NCBI GenBank assembly: GCA_964016885.1
Contig: OZ024746.1
Location: 68,696,001-68,760,000 of the forward strand
Source of the DNA: Eledone cirrhosa
Lineage: Eukaryota
DNA length: 64,000 bases
Direction of reading: 5' to 3'
Below, one piece after another: positions 49,808-61,565 of the stretch. The number at the start of each line of letters is the position of its first letter. Position 1 is the first letter of the stretch. The notes beneath the pieces were generated by a model that worked only from the letters and a program-made list of their open reading frames with translations, did not search any database and was not told the origin of the DNA. The position numbers and the translations under genes were made by a program.

Positions 49808-50462
49808 CTCTTAAGCATTTAAACCGGCTTTATCTAGCCAGAATTCTCTCACAACTTTCCGTTCAAACCAGCTGTAACTGGCCACTCATACTGATGTTCT
49901 CAAAATAAATAATATCAAAATCTCATAGATTTGATATTATGTGAAATAATTATGTGAGGTAAAGTCTTTTATGTGAAAATACAATAGTATATATAATCCT
50001 AATCTAATCTGGCCGAGTTTACACTCGCAAATAAGAGGAACCAGGGCCGCCTCTAGGAGCATTGGATAGGGAGTATTGGATTTGTACTTCATATTTGTTT
50101 CAGTTGCTGAATACAATCAGAGGTCGCTGCTTCTCCTGAAGGTCAATAATTCTCTTCAAACTCGAGCAGGAGCACCTTTCCAGTCTCAATTTGCATTGAT
50201 CATCTTCAAAGCCGCATTATTCTCAGAACCACTACACCAGTCTTTCGATGCGTGCAGCTGGAACTACTGCCACCCATTGATTTGGCAGGATCGCGACTCA
50301 TTTCTACAGCTGAGTAAACTGGAGCAATGCGAAATAAAGTGTCTTGCTCAAGGACACAACACATCACCTGTCGAACTCACAACTTTTCGATTACAAGACC
50401 AATGCTCTAACTACTAAGACATGCGCCTTCATTATGCATAGAGTAATGTAAATGCTAAAGGG
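49808..50462 (+). mobile_element. piggyBac-like MITE family 1 interrupted by a CORE-type SINE
   Basis: TTAA|CTCTTAAGCATTTAAA ... TAAATGCTAAAGGG|TTAA. SINE inserted at ~49995-50430. Confidence 0.85.
49995..50430 (-). mobile_element. CORE-type SINE with long GC-richer tail type 3 ending (ATTAG)n
   Basis: Head and core near-identical to 56283-56425. A ~300-nt tail, not seen elsewhere in the window, ends GCCAGATTAGATTAGGATT. Confidence 0.8.
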
Positions 50463-51335
50463 TTAAAGGAAATTGGAAATCATAAAATATCAGTTAGCTG
50501 TTGTTTAATCCCAAATCAGTTATGATCTAGCAGGTCTATGATCAAAGATATTGCAGTCATCATTCTATCTTTTTGTATAGCAAGAAATATTATCCAATAA
50601 ATATGTCCTTTTAAAAAAAAAAAACAACAGGGTGTAGTTTAAGTGAAATGTGTCTGCTATTTCTACTAAGTCTAGTAACTGTATCGAGGTGTATTTGTTA
50701 ATAGTCCCAAATCATATTTACTCAGACCCCTTTTTCCTTCTTTTTTTTTAATGTTTTTGCATATTATTTTTTATATATTTTTTGTATTGTATTTGTTATA
50801 TGTGTTTATATTTGTGTTTGTATTTTATTTCTGAAAGAATTGTCAGCAATTATATAAACTAGCAAACAATCCTTCTACCATCTTCTTTACTTGGCTAATG
50901 TTGAAGATAGTCAACCTTGTAAATATATATTTTAAATCTATCACAAATACTCTAAGATGTAAAAGGAATGAAAAGTGGTTATGATATTGAGCCTCTAGCT
51001 CTTAGACTGCAATTAAATATATCAGAATATGTAGACACTCAAGTTTATCTTCAAGGTAACACACTTCAGTTTACTTACAACAATTCACCTAGTTATGGAG
51101 TATAAGAGACAGACGTTTTGATGAGGAATTACATACAACAAGCATCATGGAAATGATCTTCCTCTATTTAAAACTACAAAAATTGAATCCAAACAATTTG
51201 TATTAACTTGAATGCAAAATGTTGGTACATCTGTTGTACAATTTTTAACAGCCTTTATACCATATAATTAGATTTAGTTAATTGCTTATTAGGCTAAACA
51301 TTCAAATGAAAATAATAAGTATAGAAGTGGTAATG

Positions 51336-51431
51336 AAGAAGAAGAAAAAGAAAAAGAAAAAGAAGAAAAAGAAAAAGAAAAAGAAAAAGAAAAAGAAAAA
51401 AGAAGAAAAAGAAAAAGAAGAAGAAGAAGAT
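51336..51431 (+). repeat. (AAAAAG)n/(GAA)n tract
   Basis: Direct reading. Confidence 0.95.
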
Positions 51432-51991
51432 GATTTGTTTATCTTTATATATAATACCCTGATTAACAGTATCTAAAAAGAATGATCTTAATTACTATTC
51501 TCAAACTATTTCAAAGTTTTTATTTATTTATTTTCAGTCAGTTGGAAAATTTAAAAATTCAACTTTCGTGTGTCATGGAATAGAGAAAGTAAATATATAG
51601 ATTTATGTAAATACTATATCTGCTTACTACAACATGAAGGAGGACTTTTACGTTTCACAGACAAAAAGAACTATTTCAAAGATCTGGAGACAAACCAGTA
51701 AGTATTGTTGTTTGTTATTTGCATACTAATAGATCCAAAATAAATACATATGTGTAGCGAAAGAGAACATATGATATATAAGAGATATAAGATATATTTA
51801 ATGACATATGTTCAGAAAGTAATACAAGTATCCATGGTTTGCAGTAGAAACTCTACTCAATCATATCTTCTGTCTTATTTTCAATTATAAAATATCAATA
51901 TGCTAATGGAAAGAGAACAAGATCACTATGATACTTACACTGCCATGAGCATATCAACACTGCAAGAACATTTTAACTGGAGAAGATAGAT

Positions 51992-52560
51992 AGGATCACA
52001 GGTAGGCTATTAAAGATGATAGATTTCATATGCAGCACATGCACGGGAGAAATAAGCAATAAAAGCACATATGCAATAGGCACACTAGAATTAATTGACA
52101 GCTTTTGTTACTTAGGTGATCTAATTAGTAGTGTAGGTAGGTGTTCTGAAAGCATAAAAGCCAGTGTAAGAACAGAGTGGAAAATGTGAAGTGATTACCT
52201 TGGCTTGCAACAAATGATTTCTCTCTCAGAATAAAAAGCAGAGTGTATGGTGCTTTTTTACAAAGTATGATACTGTATGGTAATGAAATGTTGACCTTCA
52301 GTGCAGAATATTTACAATGACTACAAAGAAACAAAGCAAGCATGTTCCACTGGATGTCTCATGTTTGTATATATGATAGATGGAGTATACTAAAGTTGAT
52401 AGAAAGACTGAATATAAGAGGAATGAGATATAGTGTGCAAGAGAGATGACTGAGATGGTTTGGGTATGTGATGCGTATGAAGGATGACAAATACATAAAG
52501 AAATACCAAGCACTTAAACTGGATTAAACCTATAGAAGAGGAAAACTGAGGAAGACAAAG
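51992..52560 (+). pseudogene. Old RTE fragment retaining the last CxxC of the finger insert
   Basis: Reads RITGRLLKMIDFICSTCTGEI...LELIDSFCYLGDLISSVGRCSESIKASVRTEWK, then degrades. Confidence 0.85.
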
Positions 52561-52795
52561 TTTAAACTAAAACTCATTTGATAAAATAATATAACTAAAG
52601 GCAGAAATAATCATTAATAGATAGACCCAAGTTGAAACTTATAAACTGAAGAGTAAAAATTAAAATACATACCATAGTAAAATTGATATTAAAAGAATGA
52701 TTAAATGGTGATGATAGTATTAATCAAAACTGTTTAAGTGAATCCTTTTCATAAGCAACCATCTTCTAACTTTATATATCTCCTTGTCTTTAGAG

Positions 52796-53104
52796 CAGGG
52801 GTGTGCAACATATTCCATTGGCAAGCCAGTTTTGAACATTGGAATAACTATTAGGGCCATTAATATTTATTAAGCACTATTCCAAAGATTCACCACAACT
52901 TCTTTCCATATCATGGAACTGGGAAATTAAAACACACATAACCCTATCAGTGAAGCCCTTTAGTATAGGTTAACTAACAAAAAATTGTATTACGGTTATG
53001 AAAAAGATTCTAAATAAGCCTACAATGTAAAAATTAAAAACGGTCATCGCGAGCCACTCTGACTAGTCTGGCAGGTCGGATTGTGGCCCGCAGGCTGCCT
53101 GTTG
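52796..53104. mobile_element. hAT (Charlie/Buster-like) MITE with 8-bp TSD and clipped right TIR
   Basis: CTTTAGAG at 52788-52795 and 53105-53112 (central TA). Left TIR CAGGGGTGTGCAAC; subterminal TGGCCCGCAGGC. Confidence 0.85.
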
Positions 53105-53274
53105 CTTTAGAGAATAGATTGAAAAAATAAATGTCATATGGTGCCCTTAAGATTCCATCAGGAGCTACAGGACTATACCATATACCACATACAAAGACCA
53201 GTACTAGAAGTTATAGAGGGAGTAAATAATAGCAAGAACATTAGTAGCAATAACAGTAGTAACTCATGACAAAA

Positions 53275-54158
53275 ATAATTGTTTCTACTTTTGGCACAAG
53301 GCCAGCAATTTGAAGGGAAGAGGAAAGTCAATTAAATCGACCTCAGTGCATTACTGGTACTTTATGTTATTGAACCCTTAATGATGAGCAACAAAGCTAA
53401 CCTTGGTGGGATTTGAACTTAGAACAAAAGGGGTGTAACAATATGCCACAAAGCATGTTGTCCAATGCTCTACTAATACTGTCAATCCACCACCCCTACT
53501 TATGATAGTAATAATAGTTGTTTCTTATATAGGCGTGAAGCCAAATATTTTAGATGAAAAGACTGGATGCAAAAACTGACCAATGAGCAAGTGTATAGCA
53601 ATCTGTGTCAACTGAGGAATAAAATAGTAGGAAGGATGGCTTTAGATTGCAGGACATTGTCTAGCATACCCAAAGTTGCCTGCTAACAATGTCCTCATCT
53701 GAGAACAGATCTATGGAAGAATGAAAGATTGGTGTCCTGTCAAAACTATAGTTATAATCCTGATGGAGAACAGAGATGCAGTAATTATTGATGAACTCAG
53801 TAAAGACACAAATTATGGAATATTATTAGAGGGTCGGACGCCATGCTTTCCAGCATAGTTACGTCCCTTTATGATCCGAGTTCAAATTCCGCCGAGGTTG
53901 ATTTTGCCTTTCATCCTTACGGGGTCGATAAAATAAAGTACCAGTAATGCACTGGGTAATTGCTGGCCTTGTGCCTAAAGTAGAAACAATTATATGTGGT
54001 GCATCTATCTCTGCACTCAAAGCAAATGCAAGTTGAAGTCAATAGAAGATAATTGTTTCTACTTTTGGCACGAGGCCAGCAATTATTCCAGTGTATTACT
54101 GGTACTTTATTTTATCGACCTGTTAAGGATGAAAGGCAAAGTTAACCTCGGCGGGTCT
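53275..54158. mobile_element. Cluster of three family A SINEs in alternating orientation (-, +, -)
   Basis: Copies at ~53275-53492 (-), ~53826-53992 (+), ~54049-54158 (-). Confidence 0.85.
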
Positions 54159-54688
54159 TAATGATCAATGTCATCATCATTTAACACCCTCTTTCCTTGT
54201 TAGCAAGGGTTGGACGGGTCATCAGCAGATAGAGTTGGTACTAGAAACAATGGTACTGACCCCATGGTGGGTCGGGGCCAGCCTCTTACTTATATATATG
54301 TTCCTACACCTTACCAAATGATTAGATGGGCAGGCAGCCTGTAACATCTTAATATATGAACCCAATCACCACTGAGTGCATTTTATTATGACACCAGCCA
54401 TAGAAACCAAGCCAAAATATAGATCCATATGAGCATAATAGGGTCATCTCACCTGGCTTGTCTCATAATGAGACAGCCCCTTTAACCCATGCAAGCATGG
54501 AAAATAGATGTTAAATGGTAATGATGATGATGATGATGACTGCAATAGGGATAGGGCCAGATATTTGGGGTAATAAAAAGGAGCCAATATACTATACTGA
54601 GCTCTGGACTCAACTGCAACTTATTTTATTGTCTGTATCAATGAAAATTAAAGTTGACCGCAGCTCAAAGGTATTTAACTATAATAAC

Positions 54689-54924
54689 TAGTAGCAGCAG
54701 CAGTAGTAGTAATAGTGGTGGTGGTAGTAATGGTGGTGGTAGTAGTAATAGTAGTGGTGGTGGTGGTAGTAGTAGTAGTGGTGGTAGTAGTAGTGGTGGT
54801 GGTGGTGGTGGTGGTGGTGGTAGTAGTGGTGGTGGTGGTGGTGGTAGTAGTAGTGGTGGCAGTGGTGGTGGTAGGAGTAGTAGTGGTGGTGGTAGGAGTA
54901 GTAGTAGTGGTGGTAGTAGTAGTG

Positions 54925-54985
<61 letters not shown>

Positions 54986-55140
54986 CAGTAGGAGTAGTAG
55001 TGGTGGTGGTGGTGGTGGTGGTGGCAGTGGTGGTGGTAGGAGTAGGAGTAGTGGTGGTGGTGGTGGTGGTGGTAGCAATAGTAGTAGTAGAAGCAACAGT
55101 AGCAGTAGCAACAACAGTAGCAGTAGCAGCAACAGTAGCA
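54689..55140 (+). repeat. (AGT/GGT)n trinucleotide microsatellite (~450 bp)
   Basis: Direct reading; source of the Gly/Ser, poly-Val and poly-Thr ORFs. Confidence 0.97.
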
Positions 55141-56282
55141 GGAAGCAATAGTCACAACAGAAATCATAGCTATAAATATAATTAATGTTAACAAGTTCAT
55201 CTTTGAAATGTCACTTCCCTTGAAACAGTTTATCAATAATATTTAGAATTTGTGTAACATGTTATTTGCCAACATAGAACTTCCCATTAGAGGTCAATGC
55301 CAAAATTGGGTGAAAAAGAAAATTTGGTTTGTGTTGGGGGGGGGGGTCTAGTTCTTTTTCTTTTTTTTTAATATTGTAAATCTAACTTTATTTCTTTGGC
55401 AGATGATCAGGTGTTTGGTTTACAGTATTAACTGCAATTTATTGGAAATTGTTAAATAGGGAAGAAAATGAGATATTTAAAATATACAGAAAATGTATCT
55501 CTTTTTCTTCTATATAGCATAGCTGTGGTGTGGTGTGGTGAAGGATTTCACTTCCGAGCCACATGGTTTTGGGTCGCAGTCCTACTTTGTGGCACCTTTG
55601 GCAAGTGACTTCTACTGACCAATGCCTAGTGAGAGAAATTTGGTAGACAGAAATTCAGTGAAAACCCTTTTTTTTATGTATATGTGTGTGTGTGTGGGAG
55701 GGGGCATAGGTTTGAATGAGTTGTCACAGTTTAAGTCAGTTCTTATCCAGAGTTACTAAACTTCTAGACAGGTCAGGGGACCGTGTCATACATGTACATT
55801 CCAAGTTTTAACATGGTTTCTACACTTCGATGAATGTCTTTCCTAACAGCAACCATTTTACAGAGAGGGCTTGGTACATTGTTTTGTCGCACCTCTGCAC
55901 AGGTCTTCTTTGGTCTCCCTCTACTGTAGTTCTTTTCCATTGGGATTTCTTCACTTAACGATCATCCTCCATACACATCATATAACCATACTAGCACAGT
56001 CTTCTCTCCTGCACATCACAATTGATTCCTCTTATATCCAGCCTCTCTCTCAGCTCTACATTTCATGTATTTCTCTCCAACCTTTACATATCCTATCTGT
56101 ATAAAAGTGACCAGATCGTTACCATCTGCCAGTTTACCTTGAAGGTATCAAAATATAAAGTACAAATGTAAACTGTTATTTTGCTTAATTGGTTTGTTTT
56201 TTGCTCATATATTTCCAAATTACATTGCTCCGACTTTTCTAAAATAATTTTAACCCCCATCTCACAATGTTTTATATAAAAT

Positions 56283-56630
56283 GGAGGCACATGGCTTATT
56301 GGTTAGAGCATTGGCCTTGCAATCGAAAGGTTGTGAGTTCAATTCTCAGACCGGGTGATGTGTTGTTTCCTTGAGCAAGACACTTTATTTCACATTGCTC
56401 CAGTTTACTCAGCTGTAGAAATGAGATGATAGGGACTGGGGTCCATATCATTCCACTGCAAACTGGTCGTGCAGGTGCCACGGCAAAAAAACACCCAGCA
56501 CTCACTGTAAATGAGGTTGGTGTTAGGAAGGGCATCCAGCTGTAGAAAGCAAGCCAAAATCAGTTCCCGTCCCACCCTTGCAAGCAGGGAAAAAGCGGAC
56601 GTAAAATGAAATGATGAAATGATGATGATG
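56283..56630 (+). mobile_element. Young CORE-type SINE with RTE-derived 3' tail
   Basis: tRNA-like head (TGGCTTATTGGTTAGAGC, GAGTTCAATTCTC), CORE-like block, tail matching the RTE 3'UTR at ~39100-39260, (GAT)n end. Confidence 0.9.
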
Positions 56631-57135
56631 CTACTTTAAAAACTATAATTCTTTCAATTTGTTCTTTTGTTAGTTTTTTTTCTGTTTTTGCCAATCCATT
56701 CTTTAGTGTAGGTCATCTCATTGCAGATAACTCCCTGATCTAACTTTGCTATCAAAACAATTTAATTGCAGGAAAATTTAATAATTATATAAATAAACTT
56801 TTGAATTATTTCAAATTATACAAATTACCTTATAGAAAAAATAAATATATATTTTCATGTTAACATTTTTTTTTTAATCATTGTAATAATGAAATTGTAT
56901 TTACTTTGAAAAATATATTGATTTCTTTTGATGATCATGGTAGATGGTAAACATAGGGATTAGATTTATTGAAATGTTATGGTGAAAAAAATATATTTCT
57001 GGGTGTGTTCAGTGGCTTCATGTTATGTTTCTGAATTGATATAAATCAATGTTATTATTAATTCAAATTACTTCCAAAAGTATCTTAAAAGAATTTTTAC
57101 ACTTTAAGTGTATAAACATTAGAGGTGTTTTTTAA

Positions 57136-57337
57136 CTCTTAACATCCTGTGATATTTTAAAAGAAAATATCCTAAAATGGATTTATTAATTCAAATGTTT
57201 ATAGTATCTTTACTAGAAAAAATTGTAGTGAACTAAAGTAAAGACTAATTTTTAATGTGATGCAGTCACAGTGCTGTTTTGGTATTTTTCAAGTATGTTT
57301 TACTAATCCAGTTTCATGTGGTTCAGGATGTTAAGAA
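57136..57337. mobile_element. TTAA-flanked MITE family 3 (piggyBac-like)
   Basis: TTAA|CTCTTAACATCCTG ... CAGGATGTTAAGAA|TTAA (13/14 TIR match). Confidence 0.7.
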
Positions 57338-57829
57338 TTAAACTAAGTGCTAAAACAGAAAAAAAATTGAGATGGAAAGACAAACAGTTTACAGATTAAA
57401 ATAGAAATAAATACATCTTGGAAGTGTGTGGGAATGTATGTAAGCAAGATGTGGATTTCTGGTCCATGTGAGAGGTTTAGTTCCTATTAAGTATCAACTT
57501 GGTTTGTGATAACCAAATTTTTCTAGCTGTGAAAGCAGATATTAAATGGTGACAAACAATAATGATGGTGATGGATATATTAAACAAGGTTTCTGATTAA
57601 GATTTTTAAAATGCTATCAGTAAATATCAATGCTATTTTCAATGGTTAACTTTCCAACGATTCTATTTATTTCTTTTTTTATGCCATTTCTAATCAATAA
57701 GAGAGCTCAAATTCTCTCCCATATGGTAACTCTTTATCTAAGTGTTATATAATGATATATTTAGTATGCTGCTGCAAAAATAACAATATGGAGTTTATAT
57801 TATAAGTATGGAGTATAGTTATAGTGTGT

Positions 57830-57868
<39 letters not shown>

Positions 57869-58774
57869 AGAGAGGGCATGTAAAAAATATTTATAAAATT
57901 AACTATAAGAGATAGTCTGACTCTTATGAGTTTTTTTCGTGACTGTGATACTGAAAATCAACAAATAAAATATTGACTTTTTTTGTAGCAACACTTGAAA
58001 ATGTCTAAAATAATCTAAAATTTAAGATATCGCCTCTCCTCTTCCTCATAAAATCTTTTTATTTTTTTACTTTTAAAATCAAAACAACTATTATGAATAC
58101 TAGTAAAAAGCAAATATATTTATTCCAAAATGTTCTGTAGTCTGATGGATAACAAAACAAGTAGGTGTGTGTGAGAGGGGGGGGGGGTTCAAGCCACATA
58201 AAGAGTGTCAAAATTAATAGTTTTCTCAAATTGAAATTTTGGGTAGGCATTCTGCCCTCAAACCATACCTCAAAACAGGCTTGTTAATTAAAATGTTTAT
58301 AGCATCTGTACTACTAGTGGACAGATTGTTGTGAAAATGTGCAGTAAACTAATGTAAAGACTATAATTTTACAGTTTTACAGTTTTAAATATTGTGGTTT
58401 CATGTAATACAGGACGCTTAGGAGTTAATAGTGATTTTACTGTGAAAGAGGTGAAATATGCTTGGGGCTGTTGAGGAACATACATTTTATTGCTACATAA
58501 AAGTCAGATTATATATAGCTTATATCAGTGAAGTGTTAGTAAGAATAACTGAAGAGGAATAATTTAAGTGTATTTGTGGGAATTGGAAATGAAAACTTGA
58601 GAAACATCCAATGTAGTATATTGAAAGTAAACAGCAGGTCTGTGGAAAATATTGCTGGTCTGTGTTGACAATTTTGTTTGTTGTTTGTTTGGTTTTTTTA
58701 ATTAGCCAGATCAATGACCTTGATCTTCTTCAGGGGTCTTCAAAATGGGTGAAGGGATGAGAGTATCCTTAAAC

Positions 58775-58959
58775 CAATGGTTCCTAAAGTGGGTTCCATG
58801 GAACCGAAGGGTTCCGCAAAGGAGTGTTCGGGGTTTTGTGAAAAAAGGTAGAGGAGTATATATATATCATTACCATGTAACAGTATTAGACTTTGGGGTT
58901 CCCCCAAAAGTCTCTAAACCAAGAAGGGTTCTGCATTTGAAAAAGTTTAGGAAACCCTG
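58775..58959. mobile_element. hAT Charlie-like MITE (185 bp) with perfect 8-bp TSD
   Basis: CCTTAAAC at 58767-58774 and 58960-58967. TIRs CAATGGTTCCTAAA / TTTAGGAAACCCTG; internal GGGTTCC subrepeats. Confidence 0.9.
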
Positions 58960-59134
58960 CCTTAAACTGAAGACCTGATCTAGATGTTTACAACAGAGTG
59001 TACTCCGCTAAAGGTAATGAAGGTGGTGTTAAACCAGGTGACAGATAAATTCTGCCACTTAAGGAGGCTACAGCAGGATTTGAATTCTAAATGCTTGAAC
59101 AAACACCACAAGATATCCCATCTTATGCATTAAT

Positions 59135-59460
59135 ACTGGCACTCCGCTGGTCATGACGATGAGTGTTCCAGTTGATCCGATCAACAGAACAGCCTTCTCG
59201 TGAAATTAACATGCAAGTGGCCGAGCATTCCACAGAAATGCATACCTTTAACATAGATCTCAGGGAGATTCAGCATGACACAGAATGTGACAAGGCTGGC
59301 CATTCAAACTACAGGCACAACTCACTTTTGCTAGCTGAGTAGACTGGAGCAACATGAAATAAAATGTCTTGCTTAAAGACACAACGCATTGCCAGGAATC
59401 AAATTCATAACCTTACAATAGTAAGCCAAATACTGTAACCACAAAGCCACATGCCTTCAC
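59135..59460 (-). mobile_element. CORE-type SINE with tail type 4
   Basis: Head and core on the minus strand; tail ends GTTGATCGGATCAACTGGAACACTCATCGTC...CGGAGTGCCAGT. Degenerate copy of the tail at ~48860-49060. Confidence 0.8.
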
Positions 59461-60136
59461 TAATGGTTCTATTAATCCACCTCTCTTGACTGATTCTGTA
59501 TTTATCAACCTCAAAACAATGAAGAACAAAGTTGACCTCAACAGGATTTGAACTGAGAATGCAAAGAATTTAAAAAATACTAAAAATCATTGTCTCTTAT
59601 TTGAATCCTTCTACCAATTCACTATATAGTGAATGAATAAAGAGTTCATAAGTGGAAGAAATTAGTTTGCTGTGAAGAAAAAATAAAGTTTGTTTCAACA
59701 AGGGTTGTTCATTGAAGATAAAACTTCTATAATTCTCTCCAAAGAAGGGTCCTGCTTGGACATTAGACTTTCTTCTTCCTCATGGCAAACCAATTAATTC
59801 CATAGACAAATTCAAAGTTGAGTGCAATTTATGTTCATAAAGTGAGCCCTTCTCAAAAGATTTAGTCAGTCATGCAGAAGAAATAACTCATGCTTGTGTA
59901 AATCTGTAATTTTATGGGCGGTATGTTCTTTTTCTAGTCTTGAAAGGTAGGGGATGTGTTGCGTCACATCCCATACACCTTTTACTTCATACGCTTCATA
60001 AGATAAAATAGCCTCGCTATTCTGAGTGCAGGGGTAGGTGGGAGTGACATACTGAGGAATCAAATACATTAAATGTTTTCCATAATACACATTTCAAAAT
60101 AATAATATTATTATCACTATTATTATTAATGATAAT

Positions 60137-60350
60137 TGTTTCTACTTTAGGCACACGGCCAGCAATTTGGGGAGGGGAGAAAGTTGATTAAATCGACCCC
60201 AGTACATTACTGGTGCTTTATTTTATCAACTCCGTAAGGATGAAAGACAAAGCTAACCTTGGCAGGATTTGGACTCAGTACGTAAACAGACATAACTATG
60301 CCATGAAGTATGGTGTCCAATGCTCTACTAATACTGCCAATCCACTGCCT
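60137..60350 (-). mobile_element. Family A SINE with TSD
   Basis: TTAATGATAAT on both sides. Confidence 0.82.
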
Positions 60351-60360
60351 TAATGATAAT

Positions 60361-60690
60361 AATCATCATTTCATTTTACGTCCGCTTTTTCTCTGCTTGC
60401 AAGGGTGGGACGGGAACTGATTCTGGCTTGATTTCTACAGCTGGATGTCCTTCCTAACACCAACCTCATTTACAGTGAGTGGTGGGTGCTTTTTTGCCGT
60501 GGCACCTCCACGACCACTTTGCAGTGGAATGATATGGACCCCAGTCCCTATCATCTCATTTCTACAGCTGAGTAAACTGGAGCAATGTGAAATAAAGTGT
60601 CTTGCTCAAGGAAACAACACATCACCCGGTCTGAGAATTGAACTCACAACCTTTCGATTGCAAGACCAATGCTCTAACCACTAAGCCATA
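60361..60690 (-). mobile_element. Second copy of the CORE-SINE with RTE tail
   Basis: About 10 mismatches in ~325 nt versus 56290-56620 (manual count). Confidence 0.92.
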
Positions 60691-61530
60691 ATAAAATCGC
60701 ATGATAGTCTTAGCTTCAGTTTGGGGTCAGTATATACTGAAGTCCAGAGAGTGATTAAATTTACATGGCTTTATCAATGTCTTTTCATTTCAGAGTATAT
60801 ATATATCATCTTGAGCTAAACATTATTGTAGCATTTTGAGCTGAGGGTTAATCTATTATTTTGAGATGAGCATCATCGTGGTATTTTAATTCTGTTAGAA
60901 CTCTTTTGCTTGTGTTGTTTTCTAACATCAGTAAAACCTCTGAATGCTGCACTTCCCTCCTTCCTCTGCTTATAATGGGAAGGTATGAATCTAATAAATA
61001 TATCATGAGTTTAAAGTGGAATAATTTTAGTAGGTCATCATCATCAGCAACAACAAATGTATTTCACTGAAAAATGTGGGAGTTTGGATAGCATTTCCTT
61101 AATTCCAACATCTGTATAATATTTCACAACTGCCACAGAACAAATTATCAACAATCAATGAACTGTGAATTAGTGGTTTAAATGTAAATTATTCTCACTT
61201 CTCATCACATACCGAGATTAATCAGATTAATTAAGATTAAACCTGTGAACTGTTAAATAATAGAACAAGCCTACATTCCTCTTCTGTAACTTCTTAAGAG
61301 CAAAGATTTAATACCTTACCCAATCAACTTTGAAATATTCATATATGTTATAGAATGGCATTGAGTGTAAGATGAAATACAGATTTTTCCAAAATCCTAC
61401 ACAAAATTCCTAAATGTATGATTTGAACTAAAATATTTAGGAACATGCATATACACTGTTGCACAAAGGTTAGGATGTTAGTTTCTCTAAGTGATATTAT
61501 TCTTAAAGTTTATATTTATATATACGTTAA

Positions 61531-61562
<32 letters not shown>

Positions 61563-61565
<3 letters not shown>

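Noticed and set aside
50076-50417. Shared peptide SFLQLSKLEQCEIKCLAQG in three ORFs (also 56296, 60445)
   Set aside because: Antisense translation of the SINE CORE/head, not a protein family.
54654-55236. Gly/Ser-rich 165-aa ORF resembling a structural protein
   Set aside because: Pure (AGT/GGT)n repeat open in five frames; non-ATG start and no signal peptide.
56283-56355. tRNA gene
   Set aside because: A/B boxes are present but there is no convincing acceptor stem or terminator and the sequence continues into a SINE body; the same holds for the other heads.
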